Shown: in pieces, positions 48,560 to 58,074 of the stretch
Layout of the letters: each line of letters opens with the position of its first letter
How positions within the stretch are numbered: the stretch's first letter is position 1
From: a candidate division WOR-3 bacterium
GTDB lineage: Bacteria > Hydrothermota > Hydrothermia > B15-G9
DNA: 64,000 nt
Reading direction: 5' to 3'
Assembly (NCBI GenBank): GCA_015489175.1
Contig: WGAI01000053.1
Coordinates: 9,519-73,518 of the forward strand
Notes under the pieces: generated by a model
What the model was told of the DNA's origin: nothing
The model's input: the letters and a program-made list of their open reading frames with translations, nothing else
The model's database searches: none
Position numbers and translations under genes: made by a program

Positions 48560-48596
48560 GGGGGCGGCTGAGCACTCAGCCGCCCCCGATTTTTTG
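48560..48596 (+). terminator. Rho-independent terminator after FN3 lipoprotein gene
   Basis: 12-bp GC-rich stem GGGGGCGGCTGA / TCAGCCGCCCCC (loop GCAC), followed by GATTTTTTGG. Confidence 0.8.
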
Positions 48597-48609
48597 GTAA
48601 GGTGAAACA

Positions 48610-49854
48610 ATGCACGGATTTCATGACAGAGCTAAAATCGATGAGACGCTTATGAGATATGCGTTGCAGCGCAGGCGTAGGACGAGCCTGACCACCCTCG
48701 CTTTCATGTTTTTCATCTTTGGTGTTACCACTTCTTACTTCTTCCCATACCTGTTTCACAACTGGTATATGGTTCTGGTTGTGTTTCTGTTACTTGCAGG
48801 GATAATGGGATTTTACGCTGCGACTCAGGAATTCATGTTTTTGTTGCTCGGTGCGGCTTACACGACTGCGATCTTGTCCATTCTCCTGCTTCGCTCACTC
48901 ATACCTTTTGCCATATTGTGGGCAGTTGGGATTTTCTTTTTTTACAACTGGGCGACTTCTGGCCCTCCGACAACGGTGGAATACAGGCCGCCCAAAGGAA
49001 TCTCGCCTGAAGAAGTGGCTTACATGATCGAGGATAGAGCGGCCGATGAGCGAGAACTTCTTGTTACGCTGTTAGAACTTGAGAGAAAAGGGGTTGTGGA
49101 ACTGATACCCTCGAAAAACGATTTCTACATCCGTAGGTTGAGGGATATGAACGAGCTTGATGATCTGAACCCGCTTGAAAGGTTTGTCATGACACGCGTG
49201 TTTACCATGACGGGCGTCAGAACAATACTCGAATCAGGCATCCAACTGAATTACAACGAGTTTCCGTCGGAGGTAAGCCTCGACTATGTGCTGAACAACC
49301 TCACTGAATGGAAAAAAGCCTTTGACCTAACTTTCAAAGATTACTTAACTTATTACAAGCCAGTTTATTACAGATTTCTCATGTCATCAAAGAGGAGGAT
49401 AATGCTTCTTGGTCTCGCCTCAGCCTTGTGGGCGATTTTCGTGGCCTATCTTTACAATTTTCAGTTAGGCAAGTCTGGCGATTACTTACTATCGTTTTTC
49501 ATATTTGGGGCCGTTACAGCCCTTTTCGGGTGGAAATACACCGGAGCGATGACGGCTCTGGGCAAGTCCGTTTATGCCAAAATTAAAGGGTTTGGAGAAT
49601 TCCTGAGGAGAGTGGAATGGCCAAGATTGAGGTGGATGCTCAAGACCGGTCGAATTACCGTAAATGAGCTTTTCCTTTATGCTATTGCGTTTAAGATGTT
49701 TAACAGCATAGACTTCTGGCTGATACGAATACGAAAAGACAAATCGCTCGATCTGGGAGATATATCAAAGATTGAAAAGTTGTGGAAGCTGATAAACTTT
49801 AGGTGGCACTTGAGTAACTTAATCGAGGAATTTGAGGGAGGCTACAAGGTGTAA
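48610..49854 (+). CDS. Polytopic membrane protein of unknown function (DUF2207-like features)
   Basis: 414 aa. N-terminal TM cluster, a central soluble segment (YRPPKGISPEEVAYMIEDRAADERELLVTLLELERKGVVEL) and C-terminal TMs. Confidence 0.4.
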   Translation: MHGFHDRAKIDETLMRYALQRRRRTSLTTLAFMFFIFGVTTSYFFPYLFHNWYMVLVVFLLLAGIMGFYAATQEFMFLLLGAAYTTAILSILLLRSLIPFAILWAVGIFFFYNWATSGPPTTVEYRPPKGISPEEVAYMIEDRAADERELLVTLLELERKGVVELIPSKNDFYIRRLRDMNELDDLNPLERFVMTRVFTMTGVRTILESGIQLNYNEFPSEVSLDYVLNNLTEWKKAFDLTFKDYLTYYKPVYYRFLMSSKRRIMLLGLASALWAIFVAYLYNFQLGKSGDYLLSFFIFGAVTALFGWKYTGAMTALGKSVYAKIKGFGEFLRRVEWPRLRWMLKTGRITVNELFLYAIAFKMFNSIDFWLIRIRKDKSLDLGDISKIEKLWKLINFRWHLSNLIEEFEGGYKV

Positions 49855-50747
49855 TGCGGGTCATTGCCGAGCACGGAGAGTGGATGTCCGCAGTCCTCAA
49901 TGTCGAGAAACACAGTTTTTTCTGGAGGCCGGAATGGTTTTCACTTTTCGAGGGCAAAAGCAGTCTGTTGGTGAGCGAATCAGGGCTTGCCGTGCCGGTT
50001 CTTGTCAAAAACAAGCTGTTTACGAAAGTGATCCACAGCGGCCCGATGGGCGGATATGGCGGGCCCATAACTCCAAAAGACAGCGTTAACCTCCGCGAAC
50101 TTGGTTTTTTCCTGTTAGCCATAATGAAAAAATACCTCGCAAGTCGGATAGCGTTTCACGGCACACCGTGGCTCTCGTTTCACGGCTCCCCTCCCTGGTT
50201 CGTCAGGATGAGGCGAGGCGAGACGATGATATTGCATCCAATCCCGTCCGATCCGCTCGGTAGATGCAACTCATCATGCAGGCGCAACTACCGCAAAGCA
50301 TTCCTCAGCGGCGTCAGGTTTAAAAGCGGATCCAGCTCCGATGTCAATGAATATATGAGGATGTATGCTGATACTGCCAAAAGGCACGGCGGTGCAGTAA
50401 CTTACTCTATTGATTTCTTCCAGCGTCTCATCGCCCTGAAAAATGTCCATCTGCTGCTCGCCACTTATCAGGATAAACCGATTGCGGGCATCTGGCTGTT
50501 GGAAGGCAAGGGGGAACTTTTTTACTGGCACGGCGCCTCATACACGAAATGGTTGCATCTCAGGCCGAACAACCTGCTCCATGTGGAGGCCATCGAGCTC
50601 GCAAACAGGCTCGGCTCCGAATGGTATAACATGGGGGCAAGTCTCGGGAAAGAAGGGTTGAAAAGGTTTAAGGCTTCGTTTGGTGCCACCGAATGGAATT
50701 ACCCTATACTCTCGATTTCGCTGGTTCCCGAATTTTTGCTGCGTTGA
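49854..50747 (+). CDS. FemAB-like / GNAT-fold acyltransferase (BioF2-like N-acyltransferase domain)
   Basis: 297 aa. C-terminal GNAT-like core (...IAGIWLLEGKGELFYWHGASYTKWLHLRPNNLLHVEAIELANRLGSEWYNMGAS). Its start overlaps the upstream stop by 1 nt. Confidence 0.45.
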   Translation: MRVIAEHGEWMSAVLNVEKHSFFWRPEWFSLFEGKSSLLVSESGLAVPVLVKNKLFTKVIHSGPMGGYGGPITPKDSVNLRELGFFLLAIMKKYLASRIAFHGTPWLSFHGSPPWFVRMRRGETMILHPIPSDPLGRCNSSCRRNYRKAFLSGVRFKSGSSSDVNEYMRMYADTAKRHGGAVTYSIDFFQRLIALKNVHLLLATYQDKPIAGIWLLEGKGELFYWHGASYTKWLHLRPNNLLHVEAIELANRLGSEWYNMGASLGKEGLKRFKASFGATEWNYPILSISLVPEFLLR

Positions 50748-50749
50748 TG

Positions 50750-50777
50750 AAGGGCGGCGGCTGTCGCCGCCGCCCTT
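50750..50777. terminator. Bidirectional terminator hairpin between convergent genes
   Basis: 12-bp stem AAGGGCGGCGGC / GCCGCCGCCCTT with loop TGTC. It lies between the FemAB-like gene (+, stop 50747) and the FG-GAP gene (-, stop 50782). Confidence 0.7.
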
Positions 50778-50781
50778 GAAC

Positions 50782-53622
50782 TCACTTCACAACCACTATC
50801 TTCTGTGTCCTGACGGAACGCCCAGTATCAATGAGCAGGATATAAACGCCGGGCGAATTCAACCTGAAGCTGAACCTGTTACCGTCAACCATGCGTCTGA
50901 AGACCTCCCTTCCGGCTGCATCATAGACCCTGACACTGCTCGTCTTCGGGGCCTTCACTGTGAACATCCCATCAGCCGACACATTCGGCGTTATGGTGAT
51001 GATGCCCTGACCGACATCACCATGTCCTTCGTTAACGGACGGTGGCACAGCTCCGCCTGAGAGCAAATAGAATGTCCCGCCGTTACTGCCGAGCATCTGT
51101 GTGCCACCGCCGATGTCTGCAAATCCATCCCCGTTGACATCGGACACAGCAAGAACCGTAAAGAATTTGTTGTCGCCAGTGAAACTCCAGAGGCTGTCAC
51201 CTGTGTGTCCATCAAGCACATAAATCCTGTGGTCGAATGAGCCTGCGACCACCTCATTAAATCCGTCGCCGTTTAGATCGTCAACCGAGTTGACCGTCCA
51301 CACATCGCCACCCGTGTAGAACCTCCACAGTGTAGTCCCGTCGCTGCCGGAGATGACCATCACATCGTTTGACCAGCTCCCGACAGCTACATCGTGCATG
51401 CCATCCCCAGAAACATCGCCTATGTCAACGACTTTCATCACGACGCTGGAAACCGTATTCTGCCATATCAGCTGCCCATCGGCCCCGCTTATCGCCAGGA
51501 CCATGCCGCTCCAGTTGCCGGCGATCACATCGTCCACACCATCGCCGTTCAGATCCGGTATAGAGATCGCCCACCATACATCGCCGCCTGTGTCGTAACT
51601 CCATATCACACGTCCGTTTTCTGAAGGATTGCCGCTCACGAGATACACATGGTTGTCCCTCACGGAATTGCCTCCAGCGCCAGCAATTATATCAGGATAC
51701 GAATCGCCGTTCACATCCCTTATGGACGAGACTGTTATGACCGCATCGTTCGCCTGATGTCGGAAAAGCACAGTCCCGCTGGCACCATCGAACACATACA
51801 CACAGCGCGGCCCCATCGAGCCACTGTTCCATCCTCCAACACCTGCAATAATTTCAGGCACACCATCGCCGTTGACATCGCCAAGCGTATCGACGGAATA
51901 GACCCAGCCGCCATGTCCATCCTCTCTGTGAGTGTCATAGCTCCAGATAACGGTGCCATCGAGGCCGGATATGGCGTAAATCGTGCGGTCTCCCCACGCA
52001 CTGCCATGCACGATGTCAGGGAAACCGTCGCCGTTTAGGTCAGAGACGGCTTTCAAACCGCCTTCACCCCAGCCTCCACCTATGTCCCGAGTCCATAACG
52101 GGATAGCTTCACCGTAGCTGTTCCCACGAATTGCGAAAAGGTTGTCGCCCGTCACACCTGCATCGTAGGAATCGAAAACCACGATCGGAGTGCTGTCTCG
52201 GGGATCCACGAAATAGGTCGAAGAAACGACATTGTCAGGTCCTGAGACGCTCCAGAGCAGGTCGCCACCTGTGAAAGCGGACGGAGAAAACGCCCGTCCG
52301 TGCAAAACGATCGAGAATGACGGGGCAGCGGCGTCGTTGGAGTAGATCCACATCGTGTCGTTCACTTCACCCTCGATCTCAGGGGAGAAGAAAACCGATA
52401 GGCTGTCCGAATTTAATGGCCTGACAGTTATCGGAAAGTCGATGCCTTCGAGGTAAAAGTTGGCAGAAGAAACACGAACGCTGTCTATGATAAGGTCGAA
52501 TGTGCCCGAATCGGTTACGACGAGCACCATTCGTTTGAGCCCACCGACATAGTTCTCGCCAAAATCCATCGTAGTGTCGCTGGTCACAATGTGCGGCCCG
52601 GATATTACACTGCTCGCATGCAGGCTGACATCCACTCTCTCCTCATCGGGATCGTTTGAGAAGACCGACAGCGTGCCTCGATATTCTCCTGCAACTGTCG
52701 CGTAAAAATGAACAGGCAATCCGTAATTGCTTCTCGGCTCAATCGATGCTATCGGCGATGCGGTTTGGCTCACGAAAAAGCCTTCGCCGCTGACCTCGAC
52801 CGAATCTATCGTGAGAACGGTATCCCCTTGATTGTAAATCTGAAGAGTAGCTGTTGCCGTATCGCCAATAGACACAGCTCCAAAATCAAGGAGCGTGTCG
52901 GGTATGTAGATGTCAGGTGTGCCACCGCCTGAGACATTTATCTGAAAGAACGACCAGCCGGTTGAGGAGTTAGGATTTTTGGCTGTGACCCACAGGTAAG
53001 CACCGTCCCATGTTGCACCTGTGGGATTGGCACCGGGAGAGCTGAACGATGCCACGACCTGACCGCTTGCGGTATCGACAGCATAGACCATGTTGGCGTA
53101 GTAATCGACCATCCACAAGTTCGTCCCGTCAAATGCAAGTCCCCACGGCTGTGCATCAGGTGCAGGCAGACTCCTCAAAGTGTCGCCTGTGGCAGGATCT
53201 ATCTCGTAAAATCGTCCGTCTGGATCGTAATACGCAGCTGCCCATAGATGGGCGCCGTCGTATGTCAGCCCTGCCATGTAATGCCTCGGAGTTGGGAACG
53301 AATCGATCAAATTCCCCAGCGCGTCAAGTTTGTAGATGTGATGATCGCTCCCCATGTAATGGTGCAGGAAATAGATGTATTCTCCATCGAAAGCGAGCCC
53401 ATAGCAATCGTCCCTCGGGGATGGCAGCGTGTCGAGCACCGCGCCGTTTGAAGTATCAATCTGGAAAATATACACATCGTTTCCACTCGCATACAGGCCG
53501 GAGTAAAGGTGCTCCCCGTCAAAAGTCAGACCGCCGGAGCGGCGAGGGGCATCAAGCACCTTGACCACACTCTGGGCGTTCAGCCCTGTCAGCATGATGA
53601 GTATCAACAAAAGCCTTCTCAT
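50782..53622 (-). CDS. Large secreted multidomain protein (946 aa): beta-propeller-like N-terminal repeats, Ig-like domains, 7x FG-GAP/VCBS Ca-binding repeats, and a T9SS-type C-terminal sorting domain
   Basis: Signal peptide MRRLLLILIMLTGLNAQ. Four repeats of GLxFDGxxLW. FG-GAP motifs (DLNGDGFPDIV, DVNGDGVPEII, DLNGDGVDDVI, DVSGDGMHDVA...). C-terminal ~75 aa (...VRVYDAAGREVFRRMVDGNRFSFRLNSPGVYILLIDTGRSVRTQKIVVVK) has the Por/T9SS CTD signature. Confidence 0.6.
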   Translation of the reverse strand: MRRLLLILIMLTGLNAQSVVKVLDAPRRSGGLTFDGEHLYSGLYASGNDVYIFQIDTSNGAVLDTLPSPRDDCYGLAFDGEYIYFLHHYMGSDHHIYKLDALGNLIDSFPTPRHYMAGLTYDGAHLWAAAYYDPDGRFYEIDPATGDTLRSLPAPDAQPWGLAFDGTNLWMVDYYANMVYAVDTASGQVVASFSSPGANPTGATWDGAYLWVTAKNPNSSTGWSFFQINVSGGGTPDIYIPDTLLDFGAVSIGDTATATLQIYNQGDTVLTIDSVEVSGEGFFVSQTASPIASIEPRSNYGLPVHFYATVAGEYRGTLSVFSNDPDEERVDVSLHASSVISGPHIVTSDTTMDFGENYVGGLKRMVLVVTDSGTFDLIIDSVRVSSANFYLEGIDFPITVRPLNSDSLSVFFSPEIEGEVNDTMWIYSNDAAAPSFSIVLHGRAFSPSAFTGGDLLWSVSGPDNVVSSTYFVDPRDSTPIVVFDSYDAGVTGDNLFAIRGNSYGEAIPLWTRDIGGGWGEGGLKAVSDLNGDGFPDIVHGSAWGDRTIYAISGLDGTVIWSYDTHREDGHGGWVYSVDTLGDVNGDGVPEIIAGVGGWNSGSMGPRCVYVFDGASGTVLFRHQANDAVITVSSIRDVNGDSYPDIIAGAGGNSVRDNHVYLVSGNPSENGRVIWSYDTGGDVWWAISIPDLNGDGVDDVIAGNWSGMVLAISGADGQLIWQNTVSSVVMKVVDIGDVSGDGMHDVAVGSWSNDVMVISGSDGTTLWRFYTGGDVWTVNSVDDLNGDGFNEVVAGSFDHRIYVLDGHTGDSLWSFTGDNKFFTVLAVSDVNGDGFADIGGGTQMLGSNGGTFYLLSGGAVPPSVNEGHGDVGQGIITITPNVSADGMFTVKAPKTSSVRVYDAAGREVFRRMVDGNRFSFRLNSPGVYILLIDTGRSVRTQKIVVVK

Positions 53623-53708
53623 GGCTCACCTCCATAGTAAAGCCCTCTTAAGCGGGCGGGGATTTATCGACCGAACAGGGAACAAAATGAACATCAGCTC
53701 AAAAAGAC

Positions 53709-54545
53709 CTATGTCGTTTTCCTTTTCTTGCACTTCAAAACATAGATGGATGGGTTCATCAAGAACCCATCGCTCATAACTTTGTCGTAAACCCTGTTGA
53801 CTGCTTTATTCAAAGCACCTTTCAGCTCATTATCCCATGGTATTTCTTCAATGTCTTTCAACATCAACTCTCTCCACTCATCCATAACTTCCTTATGGCG
53901 AGAATTCTTCGCCGAAGGGAATACTTTCTCGGCATAAACATCAAATCCGAGGATGTCGAGGGCAAATTTGAGTTCTTCTGGCAGTGGTTCGGATGACCAT
54001 GTCTCTCCTTTCAAATCGTAAATGGCCTTCGACAGGTTCCATCGCCTCCATTGCCCCTCGTTATCAGGGTTTTCGAGACTTTCCACAGGGATCTCAGAAG
54101 TGATTATCAGGTGGCCGCCCGGTTTCAAGACCCTCTTAAATTCCTTCAATGCGGTCAGAAGCTTCAGAGGCCTGGGGTTTAGAAAAACGATGGTGTCGTC
54201 GCAATTCACGATGTCTATCGATTCGTCCTTTATGAAGTGCAGATCAAAGATGTCCGCTTCTCTCAACTCGATGTATCTGCTATACTCTCCAAGCCTTTTC
54301 TTTATCCTGTCAATCCATATCTGTGGAAGGTCGTTGTCAACGCAGATGATTTTGGAGGTGCCTCCCTGTTCATGAACAGCTTTTGCCCAGAAATAAGTCG
54401 ATACACCCGCCCCAACTGCCGCATCGAGGATGACTTTGTTCCTCAAATCCAACCCATCAAGCACAAAATCGTGGATTTTCCCCATGAGTGAGGCCTCCCG
54501 GTTTGATTTTAAAAAACTCTCCTTGAATTCGGTTCTAACACTCAT
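53709..54545 (-). CDS. Class I SAM-dependent methyltransferase
   Basis: 278 aa. Motif I VILDAAVGAGVSTYF. Acidic motif II, then post I VVCVDND. Confidence 0.65.
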   Translation of the reverse strand: MSVRTEFKESFLKSNREASLMGKIHDFVLDGLDLRNKVILDAAVGAGVSTYFWAKAVHEQGGTSKIICVDNDLPQIWIDRIKKRLGEYSRYIELREADIFDLHFIKDESIDIVNCDDTIVFLNPRPLKLLTALKEFKRVLKPGGHLIITSEIPVESLENPDNEGQWRRWNLSKAIYDLKGETWSSEPLPEELKFALDILGFDVYAEKVFPSAKNSRHKEVMDEWRELMLKDIEEIPWDNELKGALNKAVNRVYDKVMSDGFLMNPSIYVLKCKKRKTT

Positions 54546-54653
54546 CGCACTTCACCCAATTCGGACATGGCAACAAAGTTAGATTTGACAGGTTTTTTCC
54601 CTTCTCGACACCACACTACCAACTAATTTTTAGCAATAAACATGGAATAGAGC

Positions 54654-55061
54654 TCAATTATGGGGATCATCTTTTGATTCCTTCTCCAGCATAGCCCTAA
54701 TTTGAGGGATACGTTTGCTTACTTCAATGCTCAAGATGTCCTCGGTCGGCGCTTTGACAAGTACAGCGGCCTCAGGTTGCAGTTTTTCCATAACGCTCTT
54801 TTCCATAAACTCTTTTGACTCTCCACCGGAATGGTAAAGCATGTTCATCAAAACGATCTGCATCTCAAGATCGCTCTCAAAGAACTCCTGCAGCCCTTTC
54901 TCATCCTGCACTCCCTTGATGCTGGCTATCAGCGCCACGACTGCAGCGTATTCCTCCATCTTATCAGGCCAGCTTTTAACCCATTTTTGCAGCTTTTCGG
55001 GCAGCATCTTCAATATGTCATCTATATCGCCAACCCCTTTCATCGCACTGACCTCCGCCAA
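54654..55061 (-). CDS. Small acidic hypothetical protein
   Basis: 135 aa. Its start lies 2 nt after the histidine-kinase stop. No motifs recognised. Confidence 0.35.
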   Translation of the reverse strand: MAEVSAMKGVGDIDDILKMLPEKLQKWVKSWPDKMEEYAAVVALIASIKGVQDEKGLQEFFESDLEMQIVLMNMLYHSGGESKEFMEKSVMEKLQPEAAVLVKAPTEDILSIEVSKRIPQIRAMLEKESKDDPHN

Positions 55062-55063
55062 AT

Positions 55064-56302
55064 TTATTTTGAATTGCCATCCTCGACAGGGAGCTCTATC
55101 TCAAAAATAGTTTCCCTGCCTGGCGTCGATGACACAAGCCTTATTTTGCCGTGATGGATGTCTTCAACGATCCTTTTCGTCAGTAACAATCCCATGCCCC
55201 ATCCTCTTTCTTTGGTCGTAAACCCCTTCTTGAAGATGAGCTTCTGCTTGTCAGGAGGTATCCCTCTGCCGTGATCTACTACCCTGATAACCCCTTTCCC
55301 ATCCCTGACATCGACATGAATCTCAATGTGAGGGGAGTTCATCCTTGCCTCGTAAGCGTTTTTCACCAGGTTTTCGACCGCCCACGAAAGCAATTCAAAA
55401 TCACCCATCACCTCGCAGTCGGAATTGATGACGATATCGGGGCTATACCCCTTCAAAAACCGCTCTCTGGCCTCACGGACAGTCGAATTGACAAGCTCGG
55501 ACAGGCGGAATCGGCTGAATTTGTGCCCGCCACCGATCCTCGAAAACCGTTGAAGGATCGATGAAATCCTGTTCAAATCCTTTTCCATGCCATTAACGAT
55601 GTCCTGCTCGATATCTGGATGCGATCTCAACAGCTCGAACCAGCCCATCAAAGATGAGGTCGGGACGCCCATTTGATGGGCAAGCCCTTTAGCAAACATG
55701 CTCCACAACGCCTCCATCTGGTATTTCTGGATCGAACCGGCAGCCCACATGAGCCCCACGAACGACAAAACGCCGACTATCGTCAAAAGCAAGGGCAAAA
55801 GCTTTATGTAGTTCACGATCTCAGGGTTGCCGTAGTAGATGTAACCAACCACTTTGCCATGTAACTCCATTGGAATAGGTTGATGGGCTTCTTTCAAGCT
55901 TTCGACGGCCTTCAGCAGCTTCTGGAATTCGGGGTCATGTCGCAAAAGTTCGGGGCGATCGAGTTCAGCGGCCGAGAACCTTTTCGGATCGACGCCAACG
56001 CCTTTCCAGGCCCTCGGCGTGCCGCTTACATCAACCACGACCATCGGGAAATCCACATCGTTTACCACATCCCGAATGATGTCTGCCACATCGCTCTCCT
56101 CAGTCGCAGGTATCAACAAAGTCGAGAAAAGTTTTGCTATAACCCTCGAAGTCGTCTCAACTTCCCTCTGAATTGAGCGCGTTATAGGTCTAACAAGAAA
56201 AATGGACGACAGCGACACGAAGCCTATGGCAAAGAAAAGATAAGGCAAAATTCGGTTCTTCATGGCAAAGCTTATTTTAGCCAATAGTTTGGCACTTCTC
56301 AA
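55064..56302 (-). CDS. Sensor histidine kinase (2 TM, HisKA + HATPase_c)
   Basis: 412 aa. H-box AKGLAHQMGVPTSSL. N, G1 and G2 boxes (...NLVKNAYEA..., DHGRGIP, GWGMGL). Confidence 0.8.
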   Translation of the reverse strand: MRSAKLLAKISFAMKNRILPYLFFAIGFVSLSSIFLVRPITRSIQREVETTSRVIAKLFSTLLIPATEESDVADIIRDVVNDVDFPMVVVDVSGTPRAWKGVGVDPKRFSAAELDRPELLRHDPEFQKLLKAVESLKEAHQPIPMELHGKVVGYIYYGNPEIVNYIKLLPLLLTIVGVLSFVGLMWAAGSIQKYQMEALWSMFAKGLAHQMGVPTSSLMGWFELLRSHPDIEQDIVNGMEKDLNRISSILQRFSRIGGGHKFSRFRLSELVNSTVREARERFLKGYSPDIVINSDCEVMGDFELLSWAVENLVKNAYEARMNSPHIEIHVDVRDGKGVIRVVDHGRGIPPDKQKLIFKKGFTTKERGWGMGLLLTKRIVEDIHHGKIRLVSSTPGRETIFEIELPVEDGNSK

Positions 56303-56630
56303 GCGAAAAATGCGATATCATACCCCCTGATCCTCTGTCTTAGCCTATCAGCGGCCGATATTTCTCAAATCTCCAGGTTAAAGAAAAGGTTATCTGGGAT
56401 TTAATGAAGAAATACAGCAAGCCGCCGCTTCCTCCTTGATATCCATCTTGAGGCCACCCCTGAGGATGAGGAACGGTATCAGATGGTCTATGCCAATGAA
56501 CACTAAATGGGATAACAAAATGATTGTGCGGAATTTTGATCCCATCCGATGAAAGCCGTGGATGCGCACCACCCCAATCCTTCAACAGAGCAACGAGCAA
56601 GGTACATTGGATCATACCTCCGCACTTTTC

Positions 56631-56678
56631 TTGACTTCTGAGTGCCACCTGCACCACAATTTTAGACCGACGGTCGGT
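56631..56678 (+). promoter_or_regulatory. Candidate TetR promoter (TTGACT-18-CACAAT) with overlapping 6-1-6 palindromic operator ACCGACgGTCGGT
   Basis: TTGACT at 56631-56636. Perfect palindrome at 56666-56678, about 20 nt upstream of the TetR start. Confidence 0.45.
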
Positions 56679-56686
56679 TTGAAACT

Positions 56687-57343
56687 ATGGAGGGAGAGAT
56701 GGGAAACATCAGGAAAGGCATCCAACGGAAGCGCGAGATCATCGAGACTGCCTTCAACCTTTTCGTGCAGAATGGCTATGAGCAGACATCCGTCCAGCAG
56801 ATAATCGACACTCTCGGCATCTCAAAAGGCGCATTTTACCACCATTTTAAGTCTAAAGATGACCTTCTGGATGCAGTGATCAGCGACATACTCGAAGATG
56901 TTGCCTCAGAGATCAACCAAATAGCCAATTCCGACAGAGATGCAGTCACCAAACTCACTGAGATCTATGGAATTTTTAGAGGAAAAGAGGATGTGCTTAA
57001 GTTAATCCTTGCTGAGCTTTATCGCGACACCAACCTCAAGATGCGGCAGAAATTTGTAAATCAGATGCTCAAAATCATTTCAGCCCCATTGAACAAAGTG
57101 CTTGAACAGGGCAAAGCTGAGGGAGCGTTTGACATCGTTGAAGTTGAAGGCGTCGCTCAATTGCTCATAGTCATGGACATGGCTGTCGGCGAGGCCATCT
57201 TTGGGTTGATGAAAGAAAGGGACATCAAAGGCATAAAATCGATGTTAGACGCCTATGCATTTGCCATCAAAAGGATACTTGGCACAGAAGCGGACATAAA
57301 ATTCACAGATGTCGATGTCCTCCAACTCATTGAGAACATTTAA
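56687..57343 (+). CDS. TetR-family transcriptional regulator
   Basis: N-terminal HTH (IIETAFNLFVQNGYEQTSVQQIIDTLGISKGAFYHHFKSKDDLL). The start could instead be the ATG at 56699. Confidence 0.8.
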   Translation: MEGEMGNIRKGIQRKREIIETAFNLFVQNGYEQTSVQQIIDTLGISKGAFYHHFKSKDDLLDAVISDILEDVASEINQIANSDRDAVTKLTEIYGIFRGKEDVLKLILAELYRDTNLKMRQKFVNQMLKIISAPLNKVLEQGKAEGAFDIVEVEGVAQLLIVMDMAVGEAIFGLMKERDIKGIKSMLDAYAFAIKRILGTEADIKFTDVDVLQLIENI

Positions 57344-57357
57344 AAGGAGGTTCTAAA

Positions 57358-58074
57358 ATGGTGGGGATTTTGCTGGCATTTTCTGTCGCTCTCACCCCGA
57401 CGGAGGTGCTCCAAAAGGTGGATTCAGTGGCCACCGTGCCTCATTCCGTCGGGATACTGGAGGAAACCATAGTCACAACATCCGGTAGCAAGAGGACATT
57501 TCGGATTAAATACTTCACAAAAGACAACATGGACAAACAGCTCATGGTCTATCTGTATCCTGAGCCCGTTGCAGGCACGAGTTTTCTGATAGTAGGCGAC
57601 AATGTGTGGGCGTATTTCCCTGAGACCGGAAGGACGCGAAAAATAGCCTCGCACGCGCGACGGGGCAAGGTTATGGGCTCGGATTTCACCTACGAAGACC
57701 TCAGCACTACCACCTACGGCAAGAAATTCAAGCCTGTGAGCATGAAAACCACCGAAAACGCTTACATCCTCGAACTTGTGCCTCGAAAAAACACTCATAT
57801 CTCATATTCGAAGATCGTCATGACGGTGGATAAATCCACTTTTGTGCCGACGAAGATCGATTTTTACAGGAAGGACGACGGCAAGCCATACAAGACGCTT
57901 TATCAGAGCGATATCGAGGTCATCGACGGCATACCAACGCCTAAAACGATCACAATGGTGAACAACCTGACCGGCGGCAAAACGGTGATGAAAATCGTGA
58001 GCATAGACTACAAGAGCCCCATCGAGGATAGATTCTTCACACTCGAAGGTATGAGAGGAGCGCTTGAAAAATGA
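57358..58074 (+). CDS. LolA-like (outer-membrane lipoprotein-sorting-fold) periplasmic protein
   Basis: 238 aa. Signal peptide. Open beta-barrel-like LolA/DUF1329-type pattern. Confidence 0.45.
   Translation: MVGILLAFSVALTPTEVLQKVDSVATVPHSVGILEETIVTTSGSKRTFRIKYFTKDNMDKQLMVYLYPEPVAGTSFLIVGDNVWAYFPETGRTRKIASHARRGKVMGSDFTYEDLSTTTYGKKFKPVSMKTTENAYILELVPRKNTHISYSKIVMTVDKSTFVPTKIDFYRKDDGKPYKTLYQSDIEVIDGIPTPKTITMVNNLTGGKTVMKIVSIDYKSPIEDRFFTLEGMRGALEK

Noticed and set aside
56340-56657. 105-aa minus-strand ORF in the HK/TetR intergenic region
   Set aside because: Trp/Gly/Pro-rich low-complexity translation with no RBS. It overlaps predicted divergent promoters. Likely non-coding.
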